Source: Eledone cirrhosa
Lineage: Eukaryota
Length of the DNA stretch: 64,000 bases
Direction: 5' to 3'
Assembly: GCA_964016885.1 (NCBI GenBank)
Contig: OZ024742.1
Location: 104,098,001-104,162,000, forward strand
The translations under genes and the position numbers were made by a program. Below, in pieces: positions 1-12,874 of the stretch (position 1 is the first letter of the stretch; each line of letters opens with the position of its first letter). The notes below the pieces were generated by a model. It ran no database searches. It had not been told where the DNA came from and saw nothing but the letters and a program-made list of their open reading frames with translations.

Positions 1-559
1 ATGAATAATGTAATGTACTGTTTTTCTTTTTCTTTTTTTAATAAATCGTGATAGTGTTCTCCCGAGACGGGTGTAACAGTAAACAACAACAACTAATTTT
101 AAGGGTAGTTAGTTGAGGGGTTTGGTTAGAATTTCGAAGGTGAAATTTATTTTTCCTGTGATTCTTTTATGTATTTTGAATGAATATGGCCTTCAAAACC
201 GTTGTAAAACAAGAAAATAGAAAAAAGAAGAATAAATCAAACAATGAAATAAAGAGGAATTTGAAGGGAGGAGCAAACTTTAAACCCCAGGTTAGGCGGT
301 TATATCGCAGCTGAATACTTTGAAAAAGATATTGTCATGCAAGACAAATTGAAGTTTAAAAGTGACATAGATTACTGTTTGTCAGATCAACATTTTAAAT
401 TTAATGGAATGAATTTGCGACAGGGAGATAACTGAATTTGGTTAATTTAAGTTATAAATACAGTGCAATATAAATGAGAAATACTAACGAAAAAGATAGA
501 GAAAAGAAAAAAGAAATCAAAGCAACGACAGAAAAGGAAAATGCACTTGAGGTCGCCCT

Positions 560-1655
560 AGTTGCGTTGGACATTTGTATACTGGGGAACGGTGAGGTCT
601 TCGTCGATCCAATTGACCAGAACTGACTCCAGTTCCCGGTCCACGCCTGGTTCTACTGTCTTGATGAACCTCGCAGATGAGGGTGCGACCTGAGGAGATT
701 GAAAATAGGTAGGCCAGTAGTGCTATGTCAGAAGTAGGCCACCAAATTTCAAGGGGTGTCTCGTCTCTTGCCAGCCGGCGCTGTCGAAACTAACATTGGC
801 GATGGAGGCATCGAATTCAAAGAGGCGAAAAGGTGCACTGCACAGCGTGAAGAGGAGTTTGGGGAGGGTGAAACAATTCTTCAGAAGGAATAGCTCTGAG
901 TGAGTGTCAATGAAACGCAATATCAATGAAACGCAATGTCTCCGATATACTCGTTAGGTCAGAATGCTTTGTTTCCAGGCACACTCATATGACTTTCCGA
1001 GAATGTATGCATTGTCTTCCGGTGTTAACTGTGCCACAGCCAGGACATGCTGGATGTTAAGTACAGTGTCTTGAAATTCAGTTTCACCGAAGCTCACATT
1101 TATCTTCTCAGACTTGGTGAGATGATCTTAAGTCCAAGGAGCGATAGGGCTGAGGTGACTTGCTGAAGGTCGTTGACAACAGACTCAACCGAGCTATCGA
1201 GTGTTTAGCCGTCCGGGTACCAGACATTGAAGGGTGAGTGGGAAATATCGTCAACACCCAATGCAAAGATGACCGGGCTGAGTGGGCCACCTTGCTGGAC
1301 ATCTGTGGCAGAAGTGATCTTGTTGCCTGCAGCAATCAGTGTTCTGGGTGTCCCATAAGAGAGATGTGTTTTAGACACGTCCCAAAGATGTGATATCGCC
1401 TTACACTGTTAAAAGCGTTTCGCCTATCCAGCTTCACCATAAGGCTAGGTGACGAAGGAGTGTGTCCTCAATGAAGTATCTGGCCGCATGAGCAGCCGCC
1501 TCACATCAGCACTTAACTCATACTCCGAACACAGCTCCTCGCTTAGGTCCACCATGACTGACCTGCAGGCTACTTTGGCCGCAAGTCGCCGAAAAACTTT
1601 GCCTCCTGCAATGGGTCGTATCCATCCCCACCCCCGTTATTCTGCTTCAACGCAG
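560..1655 (-). mobile_element. Degenerate CRE-clade (RLE-type) non-LTR retrotransposon, RT region
   Basis: Minus-strand motifs in order: IRPIAGGKVFRRLAAK (~1620-1575), VKLDRRNAFNSVRR (~1437), QQGGPLSPVIFAL (~1297), NVWYPDG (decayed WYLDDG, ~1228), LLKNCFTLPKL, W..T.HPLKFGGL. Frameshifted. Confidence 0.85.
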
Positions 1656-2339
1656 TAAAAGTTATATGTGCATTTATTTCAAAGTTTATTTTGATCACAC
1701 GCAACTTGGTACATAGTTTTTGTTTTTTTTCATTAATGGCAGCTGAGGTGCTGCCCGTGAGGATGTCTTGTTATTCCAGCGCCGTAGATGTCGGCTTGGT
1801 CGAAACATTCTCTGTTGAGGTGAATAATTGAGTGTGCACGTGCAAGTGAATAATTGAGTGTTACCAACACGAAAAAATAAGGAGATTCTAAAAAATAAGG
1901 ACATATCTATGGAGATAAAAACAAAGACAGCTTATTCTGTCTGAAATCATGTTGATTTAATCTTAGTTTCGGATCTTGATGTGGTCTTATTCTGTTTAGA
2001 AGCACTGTTGTAGATTTTAACTGCAACTTTTGACAAAGTAATTCCTTTGTAATTAACTGGTTTTTCTTATACTCAAACTTTGTTATTCATAGTTGTATAA
2101 AAATATAATAATATAATTCTAACAGAACGAAAACACAAACACATATGATATATAAAAGAGAGAAAAAACATAACAAAGAAGAAAAAGAGGGAGGGGTAAT
2201 TTACCACCAAGTGCGACAATCGGCCGTAGGGGTTAACTAAACACTTTGAGGCAAGCTAATACTTAACTTCCAAATCAGTCAGATTATATTCATGTAAAAG
2301 ATTCAACTATAATTCTCCATTTCTGTCTGTATTGACATG

Positions 2340-2650
2340 AAAGTAAAATCCTTTAAGCTTGCTTGTCTTGTCCAATCTTTGCGCTAAAATCTCACGCGAC
2401 GAGAGTTTTGGGACTTCACGTATCAAACCTGAAAGTTCATCGTAAAAATCTCTAATTCTATTGTATTTGTAGGACTGTAACAACAGATTATGGTTAGATT
2501 TGGATTTCCATTGAAAGTTGCTATTATTCTTGGTGTTATAGACTCAACACAGAGCAAATATTCTTGTGCTTTTGCATTTAAACCCATGTACTCCAATAGT
2601 TGAATTATTTTGAGCCTTCTCAGCTGAATTAGACACAAGTTTCCAGCCTT
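2340..2650 (-). mobile_element. LINE APE-endonuclease fragment (RTE-like)
   Basis: ESITPRIIATFNGNPNLTIICCYSPTN resembles the YAPT region of LINE endonucleases. Confidence 0.65.
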
Positions 2651-4232
2651 TTCTTAAATCAAACAATTTTGAAAAAAATCGCAAAACCCGTACCTGTATT
2701 CTTTTTCAAACAATCCACACCACCCGAAGACATTAAACGAATCAAATACTTAGTTGTGCTTGTTCCGGCTCTTTATGTTCTGAGTTCAAATCCCACCGAG
2801 GTCAACTTTTCTTTTCATCCTGCCAGGGTCGACAAAATAAAGTACCATTCAAATACTGGGTCGATATAGTCGACTTTTAAATTCGAACACCGAAATAACA
2901 AATGCTACTTTAATACGGTCCCCAAACTATACCCTGTCTATCACCTCAATCACCATCACACATCCCTTACTTTTACACTCTTGAAACAAAAGGAGCCAAT
3001 GTCTGTTTTAGAGAACTGCCTTATAGTTGAACTTTCAGTTATAAAATCAATTGAGGCAGTTTTTGTTCTTTAGTTTAGAGTGAGTTAGAGAATGCATGAC
3101 GGGAGCACGGAGTAAAACATGGTATCTACTTCAACACCCCAACCCACGAAATTCTACATTGTTTCGCTAAATTTTCCTCTGTCGCCAATATTCTATTTGG
3201 GTCATACCTGTCCAGAACATTTCCTCTCCGAATTTATTCAGTTTTCAGCCATCTTGTCGTATCGCTACCTTGGAATGTAAGATTAACATTTTTTTCTCTG
3301 TACGAGGGAAAAGTATATTTGTATGGTACACAGTAACATTTTAGTATGTGCACCGAGTATTCGCTTCGAGAGATAATTTGAATTTCGAGTAGAGTAACGA
3401 TTCTCTCCATTATGATAAATACCAGATCCCAGTTAGTAAAATTCTGCAATAGAATTTCATGCCTCAGTACAACTTAGAACTTATTTATTCATAAAAAGAA
3501 TTTATAGATAAGCCTTGTCGAAAATGATACAAAAAAAAAAAAGAGAAAAATGTTCAGTTAAATCATATTTTTGGTCACAAAACAAGTCAAAATAACTTAC
3601 AGGAGAAACTGGACTTTTTTTTATAATGGGAATACTTTCCGTCTGAAGCTTCCAGTTACTTATGCGCAATGATAAAAAAAACAGAAGCCCAGTTGCTTAT
3701 CTCTTAAAGATCGACTACAATGTATTTGGTGATTGGGAATTGGTAGACGGAAACTGCAGAAGCCCACCGTATTGATATATTAGGAGATTTGAAAATTAGT
3801 GTCTTTATTCTTTTAAATGTTCGCTCGAGGATTTGATAATGTGCCCATTTGGTTTGTTCGCCTTATTTGCAAGGCATGACTTATTATGGCTTATTTTGTT
3901 TATAATTTTCCAGGCTCTTATTGAAGTTCCTCGCTGTTTGCTTGTTCGAGATCTACTGCTTGTTGCTCAATGATTTCCTTTTGTCTCCAAGATGAGAATC
4001 CTGGACCTGTTTATATAGGTCTTTTCATCGTTGATTTGATGCTAAAGTTTTCTGTTGATTTTATCTCTTCTTTGCCATATTTCGTTTTGTCACAAGACGT
4101 ATTGTCGTTTCACTTACCCAATTCTTTTGAGAAGATCTTTACAATTTAACAAGCGTAGTAAGGAGATAAGTTCACAATGCAATTACTGGGACAACCTTGA
4201 ATTAGAAATATGGCAATGAAAAGATTAAGTAA

Positions 4233-4365
4233 TCATATTGATGGCCTCCCCACAGCCCCGGCGGACAGAATGGAGAAGGCGTTACCCCGGAGGATGGTAA
4301 GGGAGATGCGCTTGAAGAGCCATTCCAACTCGCGAGGCTCACCAATCACCCGTTGTGCTACTTCT
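4233..4365 (-). mobile_element. 3' end of CRE-like element (RLE C-terminus)
   Basis: GEPRELEWLFKRISLTILRGNAFSIL matches the 'RLS..lqRGNA..I' CRE terminus. Other copies occur in the window. Confidence 0.8.
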
Positions 4366-5494
4366 CTAATTATGTCGACTGTGTTTGTACGGACTATTTC
4401 TGCATCGCTTCCTTCAAGTGCTTCAACATGATTTTGCAACTTAAACTGATAGATTCATCGATTGTCGGCATCTTCGATGACTTTTGTTCAGTTGCATTTT
4501 TTTCTTTCTTCTTCGACTTTCTAAAGTGAATGTCGAAACGTGCATTTACAACTCAGTGGTCTGAGCCGAGCTCCAGAGTGTTGTAGGCTTAGCAATTGCT
4601 AACTGATCTCATCCAGCTGGTACTTATCAGAATGTGGTCAAGGTGAGGTTTTGATGCGGAAACGTGACTCCAAAATTATTCCATTGCGAACTACTAAAAA
4701 AATATTGGGTAATTGATTTTGCAAATACAAATGGTCTGTTGAAAACGATTTGTCAGAATTTTTAGTATGTTTTGTAAATAGTTCACATTAACCAGGGTGT
4801 TTTTGTATTACACACACATATATACATATATACACACACACTATATATATATAACACCATCCATCCGTAACTCTTTAAAATGTACACAAACACACACGTG
4901 TGTGTGTAACCAACCGTCTGTAACTCTTTAAATCTTTAAACCTTACACATATATATACACGCAATGCATTTCCAATACCAGTCATGTTGCTAACCTCACG
5001 TTTGTCCTTGTAAATAGTTATTTCTCCAAATTTACTCATATATTCAATCTTGAATGTCATTTGTACATGCTGAACATTCATGTAATTATATCCTATAAAT
5101 AAAATAATAGATTATTTTTATCTTTAATCACTTCCACATGTCAGCAATCAACATAAACTACGCAAACCATAAATTTCTTATGTAAACAATAAATTTATCA
5201 AAACGCAAATTTCCCAGTTTGATGGTTGTTCATATATCCAGTAATCCTGGTATATATGGCATACTAATCCTGGATTCAAAAAAATGAAATATATTCAACG
5301 CTATTGTTGATCTCCTATTATAAAATATTTTTTAACGTTAGTGGCCAAGTGTTGGGAATTCTAAGCAACTTACATCAAGAAAAATGTTATTCCTGCCGAT
5401 ACTGTTTGTTTTCTACTCAGTTTACGACCAGCATTAATTACAAACCTGGTATCTATATTCATACATGTACACATATATATGAAATGGACCTCCA

Positions 5495-5965
5495 TCGGTT
5501 TTGAAGATAAGTGTGCTAATTGTTCGATCAACGGAACAGCCTGCTCATGAGATTAATGCAGACCTGTCAACTCTCCCCGTCCGACGGGGAGATCTTCCAT
5601 CCACTTTGAGAGTGGCTGAAAGATGTCCTCTCTTGTGAGAATGAGTATAGCTTAAAATCTCCCCATTTTGCCTCATTTCTCCCCGTTTTGGGGCACCTTT
5701 TTTCATGGTACTCCCCGTTTGGGTTTTTAGAGGTTGGCAAGTCTGTTAATGTGTACGTGGCTAAGCATGCCACAGACACGTATACCCTCAACGTAATTCT
5801 CGGAGATTCAGTGGTGACACAGTGTATAACAATGCTGACTCTTTGAATTACAGGTACAGTCCTTCCGACGAGCTTCCAAACAATTTTACTCACAAATCAT
5901 GGATAGACCCGAGGCTATGGTAAATGACATTTGCCCAAGATACCAAACAGTGGAATTGAACCATT
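5495..5965 (+). mobile_element. Octopus-type SINE-like repeat interrupted by a MITE
   Basis: gatcaacggaacagcctgctc...ccacagacacgtataccctcaacgtaattctc...gaattacaggtaca. Reverse-complement copies at ~16925-17095, 51750-51900 and 56530-56690. Confidence 0.75.
5559..5745. mobile_element. 187-bp MITE, hAT-like TIR, 6-bp TSD
   Basis: CAGACCTGTCAAC...GTTGGCAAGTCTG flanked by TTAATG at 5553-5558 and 5746-5751. Confidence 0.8.
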
Positions 5966-5988
5966 CGGCCATGTTGCATCCACACATA

Positions 5989-6305
5989 CGAGGGTCGACT
6001 GAAAAGTTCATACATAAAAATTGACCCCTTTGGTACCAAACTGCTCCTGAATCTATAATACATAGCTGCTAGTTGTAAAGTGTTTATTATACAATGGTCG
6101 GCTGAAAAATTCGTAGGTTAACTATGAAGGAGTGATACTAGAACTGTGAAATCTTGCATGCATTAATTTCAACTCTTCTTATTAATAACTGCATTGTTTC
6201 TTTTCAAGGTTTATTTTGAAAAATAAACCTCATTTGTTCATTCCATGAGAGTATCTTGGTCAGCCTATGAAGTTTTCAGTCCATGAACTTTTCAGCCGAC
6301 CCTCA
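5989..6305. mobile_element. Non-autonomous mariner MITE (nested or rearranged)
   Basis: ta|CGAGGGTCGACTGAAAAGTTCAT...ATGAACTTTTCAGCCGACCCTCA|ta. Related copy at ~31630-31835. Confidence 0.8.
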
Positions 6306-6354
6306 TATGTACATTTGTGCATATATAAAAATATGTAAATGAAAATATATAAGA

Positions 6355-6980
6355 CGGCGAATTAGCAGAGTCGTTAGAACGTCAGATAGAATGCTTTGCG
6401 GTATTCGTTCTGGCTCTCTGCGCTCTGAGTTCAAATCCCACCGATGTTTCAACCTTCCGAGATCGATGAAAAAAAATACCAGTTTAGTACTGAGGTTGAG
6501 TACTTTTCTATATCTCTTTTTAACCCTCCCCCCTTTTCTCTAGAAGAAATATGCTGTGTTCAGACATAGAGAGAAAATGGGTTCTGCCAGGTTTAAAATA
6601 CCCAAGGCACACCGCAGATTATGACGGCGCTCCTGCAATTCCATCTGGAGTTACGGCTCCTTACATATATGTATGGTATGGCATGGTCCCGTAACTCCTG
6701 GTGGCCGCCGTATTCACATACGACGTTATTTGGGCATCTTAAGCCTGGTGGAGCCTATACCTCTCTAGGCCTGAGCGCAGCAGATTTCTTCCAGAGAAGG
6801 ATAGAAAGTGACTGAGAGGAGATGAGAAAGAGATACAGAGGAAAAAATAGAGCCCAGTACTAGACTGGTACTTTGTTATCGACCTCGGCGGGATTTGAAC
6901 TCAGAGAAAGCAGAGAGCCTGGACAAATACCACAAAGTATTCTATCCGACGTTCTAACGACTCTGCCAATTCACCGCCAC
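6355..6980. mobile_element. Palindromic composite: SINE(+) / inverted-repeat core / SINE(-)
   Basis: SINE 6355-6500 and inverted SINE 6853-6980 flank a core (~6505-6845) with long imperfect inverted arms. The same left junction recurs near 13645 and 32165. Confidence 0.7.
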
Positions 6981-7207
6981 ATACATACATAAATACAAAT
7001 GTGAATATATAACATAGGGAAGAGAAATATCTATCTTTACTGTAGTTTCAATTACTGAAGTAAGTTCTACATGGTCGGGGGATAGAAAATAGATTTAGTT
7101 TATAAAAATGTCTTGATAGATTAAAACTATGTCTGATAAACTTCAAGCAGATATTCAGATAATAGTCATTGTCAACCCACAATGTTCAAGTACTGCTGTG
7201 TGTGTGT

Positions 7208-7243
<36 letters not shown>

Positions 7244-7555
7244 TCCTGTTTTAATTATATATATATATCTATCAGCAAGTTATTTGTCTCTAATATAGTC
7301 AGATTTTGGTTTAAGTTAGATATGTTTTTACACACACACGTACACACACACATACATACATGTATACGTGTGGAATTTGGCAAACGTCAACCATATATGA
7401 GCAAGTCTTTAAACATGGCCGCATCAATGATTAGAAAAATGTGGACAAAATAAAGCTTCTGCCGTGATGACTCCCATTGTTATCAGCAAAGATGGGACTT
7501 GTTCAATGAATAAAGTTAAGAAAAAACGAAAAATATGCTTACTATATGAGTGGTT

Positions 7556-7805
7556 AGTGGAGGTGCGTGGCCTAGTTGTAAGGGTGTTGGACTTACAATC
7601 ATAATGTCGTAGGTTCGATTGGTGGGCTGAGTTTCGTATTGTGTTCTTGAGTTGCTCCAGTATACTCAGCTGTAAATGAGTACCAGCAATAGCTGGGGTT
7701 TAACCCTGTGATGGACTGGCGTCCTGTCCAGCTGGGAAGTCTTGTACTCTCAATCGTTTCACGCCATGAAACCGGGATAAGCAGCGGCCTAAGACAGACT
7801 TTAGA
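7556..7805 (+). mobile_element. tRNA-derived SINE (second family)
   Basis: A box tggcctagttg, B box ggttcgatt, 3' tail cagactttag. Collinear copy at ~20106-20395. Confidence 0.8.
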
Positions 7806-7809
7806 AACA

Positions 7810-10110
7810 GGCGTGTGTGTGCAAAAGAGAAAGATGGGGGTGTATGTGGCTCAGGTGTGTGTGCATCTGTGTGGGCCCGTTTAAGTCTACCAACCGCAAT
7901 GGTCTCTCTGGATCCCTTAATGTCTACAGTGAAATGTTTATCAGAACGAGCTAATACACGGTAGGGTCCAGAGTACGGTTGTGTGAGAAGTGGTCTCACA
8001 CCATCGTTTTCTCACGAACACATGGGTCCACGAGGCAATATCCCTCGGGACTGCAGATTTTACAGTTTGTTTCCTCGTATACATCGGCGGCAGGTCCTGA
8101 AAATAAGAACGCAGACGGGATACGTAGGAAAGCGGATCTTGTGCAGCAAGATCGACAGGGGCAAGCATTTGCCCAGGTAACGCTAGAGGAGCACCATACA
8201 ATAATTCGGCCGGAGAGAACCCAAGGTCTTCCTTTATTGATGACCGAATCCTCAACAACACAATAGGGAGGTACTTGCTCCAACGCGTTGAGTCAGGAGA
8301 AGTCCGTAGAGCGGCTTTTAGTTGTCGGTGGAAGCGCTCCACCATTCCATTAGATGCAGGATGATATGAAGTTGTTCGGATGTGTTTAGCGCCAATGATC
8401 TTCGTCAATTCGGAGAAGAGATTCGATTCGAACTGTCTTCAACGGTCCGTTGTAATCGTGGTTGACACTCCAAAGCAGGCAATCCATCCTGATACTAGGG
8501 CACGTGCTGTCGTTTCAGCAGTGATGTCTTTCAAGGGGATGGCTTCAGGCCATCGCGAAAAACGATCAATAACAGTCAATAGATAAGTATGACTACCACT
8601 GACTGGCCAAGGTCCCACAATGTCCACATGAATGTGCCGGAAACGGGCGTCCGGTGTACTGAAAGTACCAAGCGGAGCCTTAACGTGTTTATGGATCTTC
8701 GATTTCTGGCAAGCGACGCAGGAAAGGCATCAAGCAGTAATATCGCGCCTCATATTTGGCCAGAAGAATCTGGTTGTTATGAGCTTTACTGTGGCAGAAG
8801 ATCCTGGGTGGGAAATGCTGTGTAAAGCAAGAAACACAGTACAACGTTGGTTTAGCGGGACGAATGGTCTCGGTGAATCCACGGAAACGTCGCAGAGAAT
8901 CTGTCCGTCTGCGGTGGGCAATGGCAGGTATTTCAAATTATTCGTCTCAAATTCGGCTGATGTAATATCTAACGATTCCAGTGCAGGCTGGTCTGCTGCC
9001 AAGTGATTTAAATCGATGTCGTGGGATGACGCAATTGAACTGATCGGCAATCGAGACAGGGCGTCAGCCGCTGTGTTCAATGAGCCTGGAATGTGTTGGA
9101 TGTCGTTTTTGAATTGCGAGATAAAGTCGAGATGCCTTGTTTCTCTGGGCGAGTACTTGTCGGACTTTGCCCTTAAAGCGAAGGTCAAAGGTTTATGGTC
9201 GGTATAGATTGTAAAACACCTCCCTTCGAGCATATGTGAAAAATGTTTCACGGAAAGGTAGATGGCTAAGAAGTGGTGGTTTGGGTGTGTAGCACAGAGA
9301 TCAGCTGCCGCCTTCAGTGACTCTGGTCTGCGTTTCCCGAAGTTGAATAGTTACACGGTGGCCGGTAGTGTTTTGCTTTATCAGCGAAGGTGGCATGATA
9401 CCAGCAAAAAGACGAATTGCTGGCGGGCAAGCTGGCGTTACGGCGCGAAGTTGCGAAGGAACGCAAACGACTTCTTGGCCGCCTGGGAGATGGCCTACTC
9501 TCCCTACATAATTTCGCGACTTGACGCGTCAATCGCCTTCAACATGGAATCCTCGTGTGTCGAGACGGGTTGGTTCGGAAAAGTCGAAGAGGCAACAAGC
9601 GAGTCCGACGAGGTAGCTTTCCTAGAGAATTCCACAATTCGATCGGCAGACGCAGCGATCTGCTCCACCAAGCTCGAGTCCACTATGGTAGCCAATATAA
9701 TCTATACATTGTTTGGCAAGCGAGAAAAAAAAAAAAAGCTTTTTGATAAATAAACTATCCTCATCGGGCGATAACTGAGGTCCCGAATGTGACGTAGAAA
9801 TTCGGACGGCGACCTGTCGCCTAAACACTCGTCCTCCATTAAGGCACGAAACCTGCTTTCAACAGAACGGCAGTTTCTCCTTAATATTTCCGTCCTCAAC
9901 GAATCATACGAAGTACCGGTTGGCGGTTCCGTTATTAAATCTTTCACCGTGATGGCGAGCGACGAAGGTATATCAGTAATCGAAACATTGAGTTTCTGCT
10001 CTGTTTTAATTCCATTTGCAGCAAAATATGCATCCAGTTGCGCAAACCAGAGCTTGGACTCACCGGAGAACACAGGTAAATTAGGACTACTCATCATTAG
10101 CATGTATCAG
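7810..10110 (-). mobile_element. Gypsy LTR retrotransposon relic (CsRn1-like): gag, RNase H tail and integrase; protease and RT deleted
   Basis: gag LWFAQLDAYF...LGDRSPSEFLR; knuckle CWYH..F...A; GGGAAAC slip site at 9338-9332; RNase H TIYTDHKPL..ADALSR; integrase [39 protein letters not shown]. Several frameshifts. No LTR pair found. Confidence 0.92.
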
Positions 10111-11130
10111 TTCCACATAAAAAATACTAAATGATATCCAAGTAAAGAAATGCAACGCGTGTTAGATGTTAGGAACAACGGGAAAACAACACAAATTTTC
10201 TTCAACATCCATGAAGAAAGAAGAAATGCAAAATCCGGAATCGACAAGTCACAATAATTCAAGGCAGAAATTAATTTTTTTTTTTAATTGGAGAAGGAGA
10301 TGGCATCACATGATGCGTCTCAGCCAATCAGATGGCTGCATTTCGGAGAAGAAAGACAATTGGCGAACCAGTCAGCCATTGTGAATTTTTTTTTTCTGTG
10401 TTAAACGAACAATTTTCAATTTCGTTATTTTCGCATAGTTGCAAGAAATAAAATATTAGTTTCGTCAATTTTGTTTTCTATGTTTCTCTAGAAGTTTTTA
10501 GAAGTATTTTAGAAGTTTTTGTAGAAGGCTGTGTAATGCATAATCGGGGTCTTTAGACGACGTGTATTTGTGTATTTATGACTTGCAAAAATATTCAGAA
10601 GAATACGAATAGCTGGTGCGTGTTTGTACAATCAGCTCCAAGAAAAATGCGTGTTGTCGCTCTGCATCTTTTTTTTTGCCGGAGTGTCTGTGTTATTTTT
10701 AGGACGTCCGTTTGTGACGTCAGAGCTATCACTCCACAGGTGTCGCTTCGCTACAGTCCTTTATTGGAAGATGGAATGTGAGAGAGAAGAAATAGAAAAA
10801 TAAACGAAAGTAACAAAAGAAAGAAAACGGAATTTTATTTTCGGCAGTAGTGTGTAGTTAGTAAGCCATTTTGGAAGATGAAACATGTCTTTTCCGGAGA
10901 AGAATGACATATAGCACTTTCATCTTGTTTCACATTCGTTTACATAAGTACTTAGTAGTCATGTCACTCTACATCCAACTAGATTCAGACGTCATCTTTT
11001 GTGAAATCTATTTCTTCGTTCATCTGAAATATGCGATGAAAGATCCTTGCCTCGAATCTTCAAAATCACATTCTACCACCACACCGTACAGAAGGTTATT
11101 TTGGCATACGTCAAGACGGGCGGTCTGAAA

Positions 11131-12131
11131 AGTATGAAATTTGTAGAAAAAAAAACAAACAAATTTCTACAAATTTCATACTTGATGACCCAATAAAACT
11201 GCCGGTGGCTATTCCTCTCTACAGCCGATTTTTTCCAGAAAAGGAAAGAGAGAGAAAGAGGGAAGGAATGAGAAAAAGATATAGAACTGCAATCAATGCT
11301 TCGGTAAAAAAAATAACGGCATACGTCAAGACGGGCGGTCTGAAAAGTGAAAGTAAATTTATTTTCATTTCGAACGTCGTGTTTACATTTTGTGTGTGTG
11401 TTCAAACGAAATATGCTGGATGCTGGCGACGAAGCTTCTTCTTTGCACGGCTCCATGTGTTCTTTATGAGCTGTGTGTGCACATCAAGGTCCGCAGGATC
11501 TACAAAGTTCCGTTCGTGCACCACAACATCATGAACGTAAATCCCACCTTCAATTTCCGAATAGGAAGCCCAACCATCGGAGATGATGCAGCTGCCTGGC
11601 AAAATCCCTGCTGAATGATGGGGACGAGAGTGTTAGAGCTACGATTTGGGACTTCTGCAAGGCAGCAGCGTCTAGAATGGCGGACTCACCATTCTGCAAG
11701 CCTCATTACAAGATTACTTCGGTATTGAGTACTCTTCTCTCAACCGTCAACTACACACACACACACATATACATATATATATAATCAGTTAGAACGACAG
11801 AGGCTCTGATTCTGTCTTTAATCTCAGAAACTAATTTAGATCTAAACACACACAAAATGTAAACACGACGTTCGAAAATGAAAATAAATTTACTTTCACT
11901 TTTCAGACCGCCCGTCTTGACGTATGCCGTTATTTTTTTTACCGAAGCATTGATTGCAGTTCTATATCTTTTTCTCATTCCTTCCCTCTTTCTCTCTCTT
12001 TCCTTTTCTGGAAAAAATCGGCTGTAGAGAGGAATAGCCACCGGCAGTTTTATTGGGTCATCAAGTATGAAATTTGTAGAAATTTTTTTTTTATTCTACA
12101 AATTTCATACTTGACGACCCAATAACATGCC
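11131..12131. repeat. Long inverted repeat (~270-bp arms) enclosing the Merlin fragment
   Basis: 11131-11400 is the reverse complement of ~11845-12112. The identical peptides in ORFs 11205(+) and 12041(-) reflect this. Confidence 0.9.
11400..11690 (-). mobile_element. Merlin (IS1016/IS1595-like) DDE transposase fragment
   Basis: PGSCIISDGWASY...VVHERNFVDP..DVHTQLIKNTWSRAKKKLR is a Merlin-type motif string. The expected catalytic E reads K. Confidence 0.85.
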
Positions 12132-12339
12132 CAGGACACGTAGTATGTCATGACTGCGCTCATACGATTCCATTAGTGATAGGCTTCAGAACTTTCTATG
12201 AAACTACAAAATTGAATATCGCAAAGGTGGTAATTCTTGATGATACAAGGAGTTATTTGTTTCCATATTTCTTCTCCAAGACCGACCTTTTCTATCACCA
12301 CCAGAACTATGTCTAAACCTCTCGCAGGCTACAACTATA

Positions 12340-12595
12340 CCTTGGTGGCCGTACTGGTGCCATGATAAAATACCCAGTCCACCCTGTAAGGTGGTACTGC
12401 TGATGCCACGAAAACATGCACCCAGTACACGCTTTAAAGTGGCTGGCGTTAGGAAGGGCATCCAGGCGTAGAAAGCCTCCTCCAAAATGGGGCGTACGAG
12501 TAAGATGTGAACACTTGATCTGTCTAGCGAGACAGTCCGTCTAAGCTATGCAAGCATGGAAAATAGAGGTTAAAACGTTGACGATGATGATGATA
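12340..12595 (+). mobile_element. Non-autonomous retroposon family (aggaagggcatccag core, (GAT)n tail)
   Basis: cacccagtacac..taaagtgg..aggaagggcatccag..gcaagcatggaaa..gttaaa..gatgatgat. Copies at ~27170, 28535-28710(-), 29955-30115(-), 38150-38290(-), 44950-45215, 45580-45950 and 51985-52285. Confidence 0.75.
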
Positions 12596-12874
12596 TTTTA
12601 GCAGTATTAGTTATAGAGTAGTCGTTACTTTAACAGGGTAGATGATTGAAGGTCGTTAGTTGCCAGTGTGGTAAGTGATAGTATCCTCGTTGGATTATCT
12701 TGTTGACATAGACGTGAGGGAAGGTCCCTCGATCTATTTACCATCTATTTACAATATTCCTTTCGTCAGGTCGCCAATTCCAGCAGCATGGATTATAGAT
12801 GTTATTGAGACACGAGTAACATAATAATGATTTCAACAGCAGTAATTAGAGATGAAATGTTTGTTTATTTTTGA

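Noticed and set aside
7556-7625. tRNA gene
   Set aside because: A/B boxes are present but the sequence continues into a SINE body repeated elsewhere, and no full cloverleaf forms.
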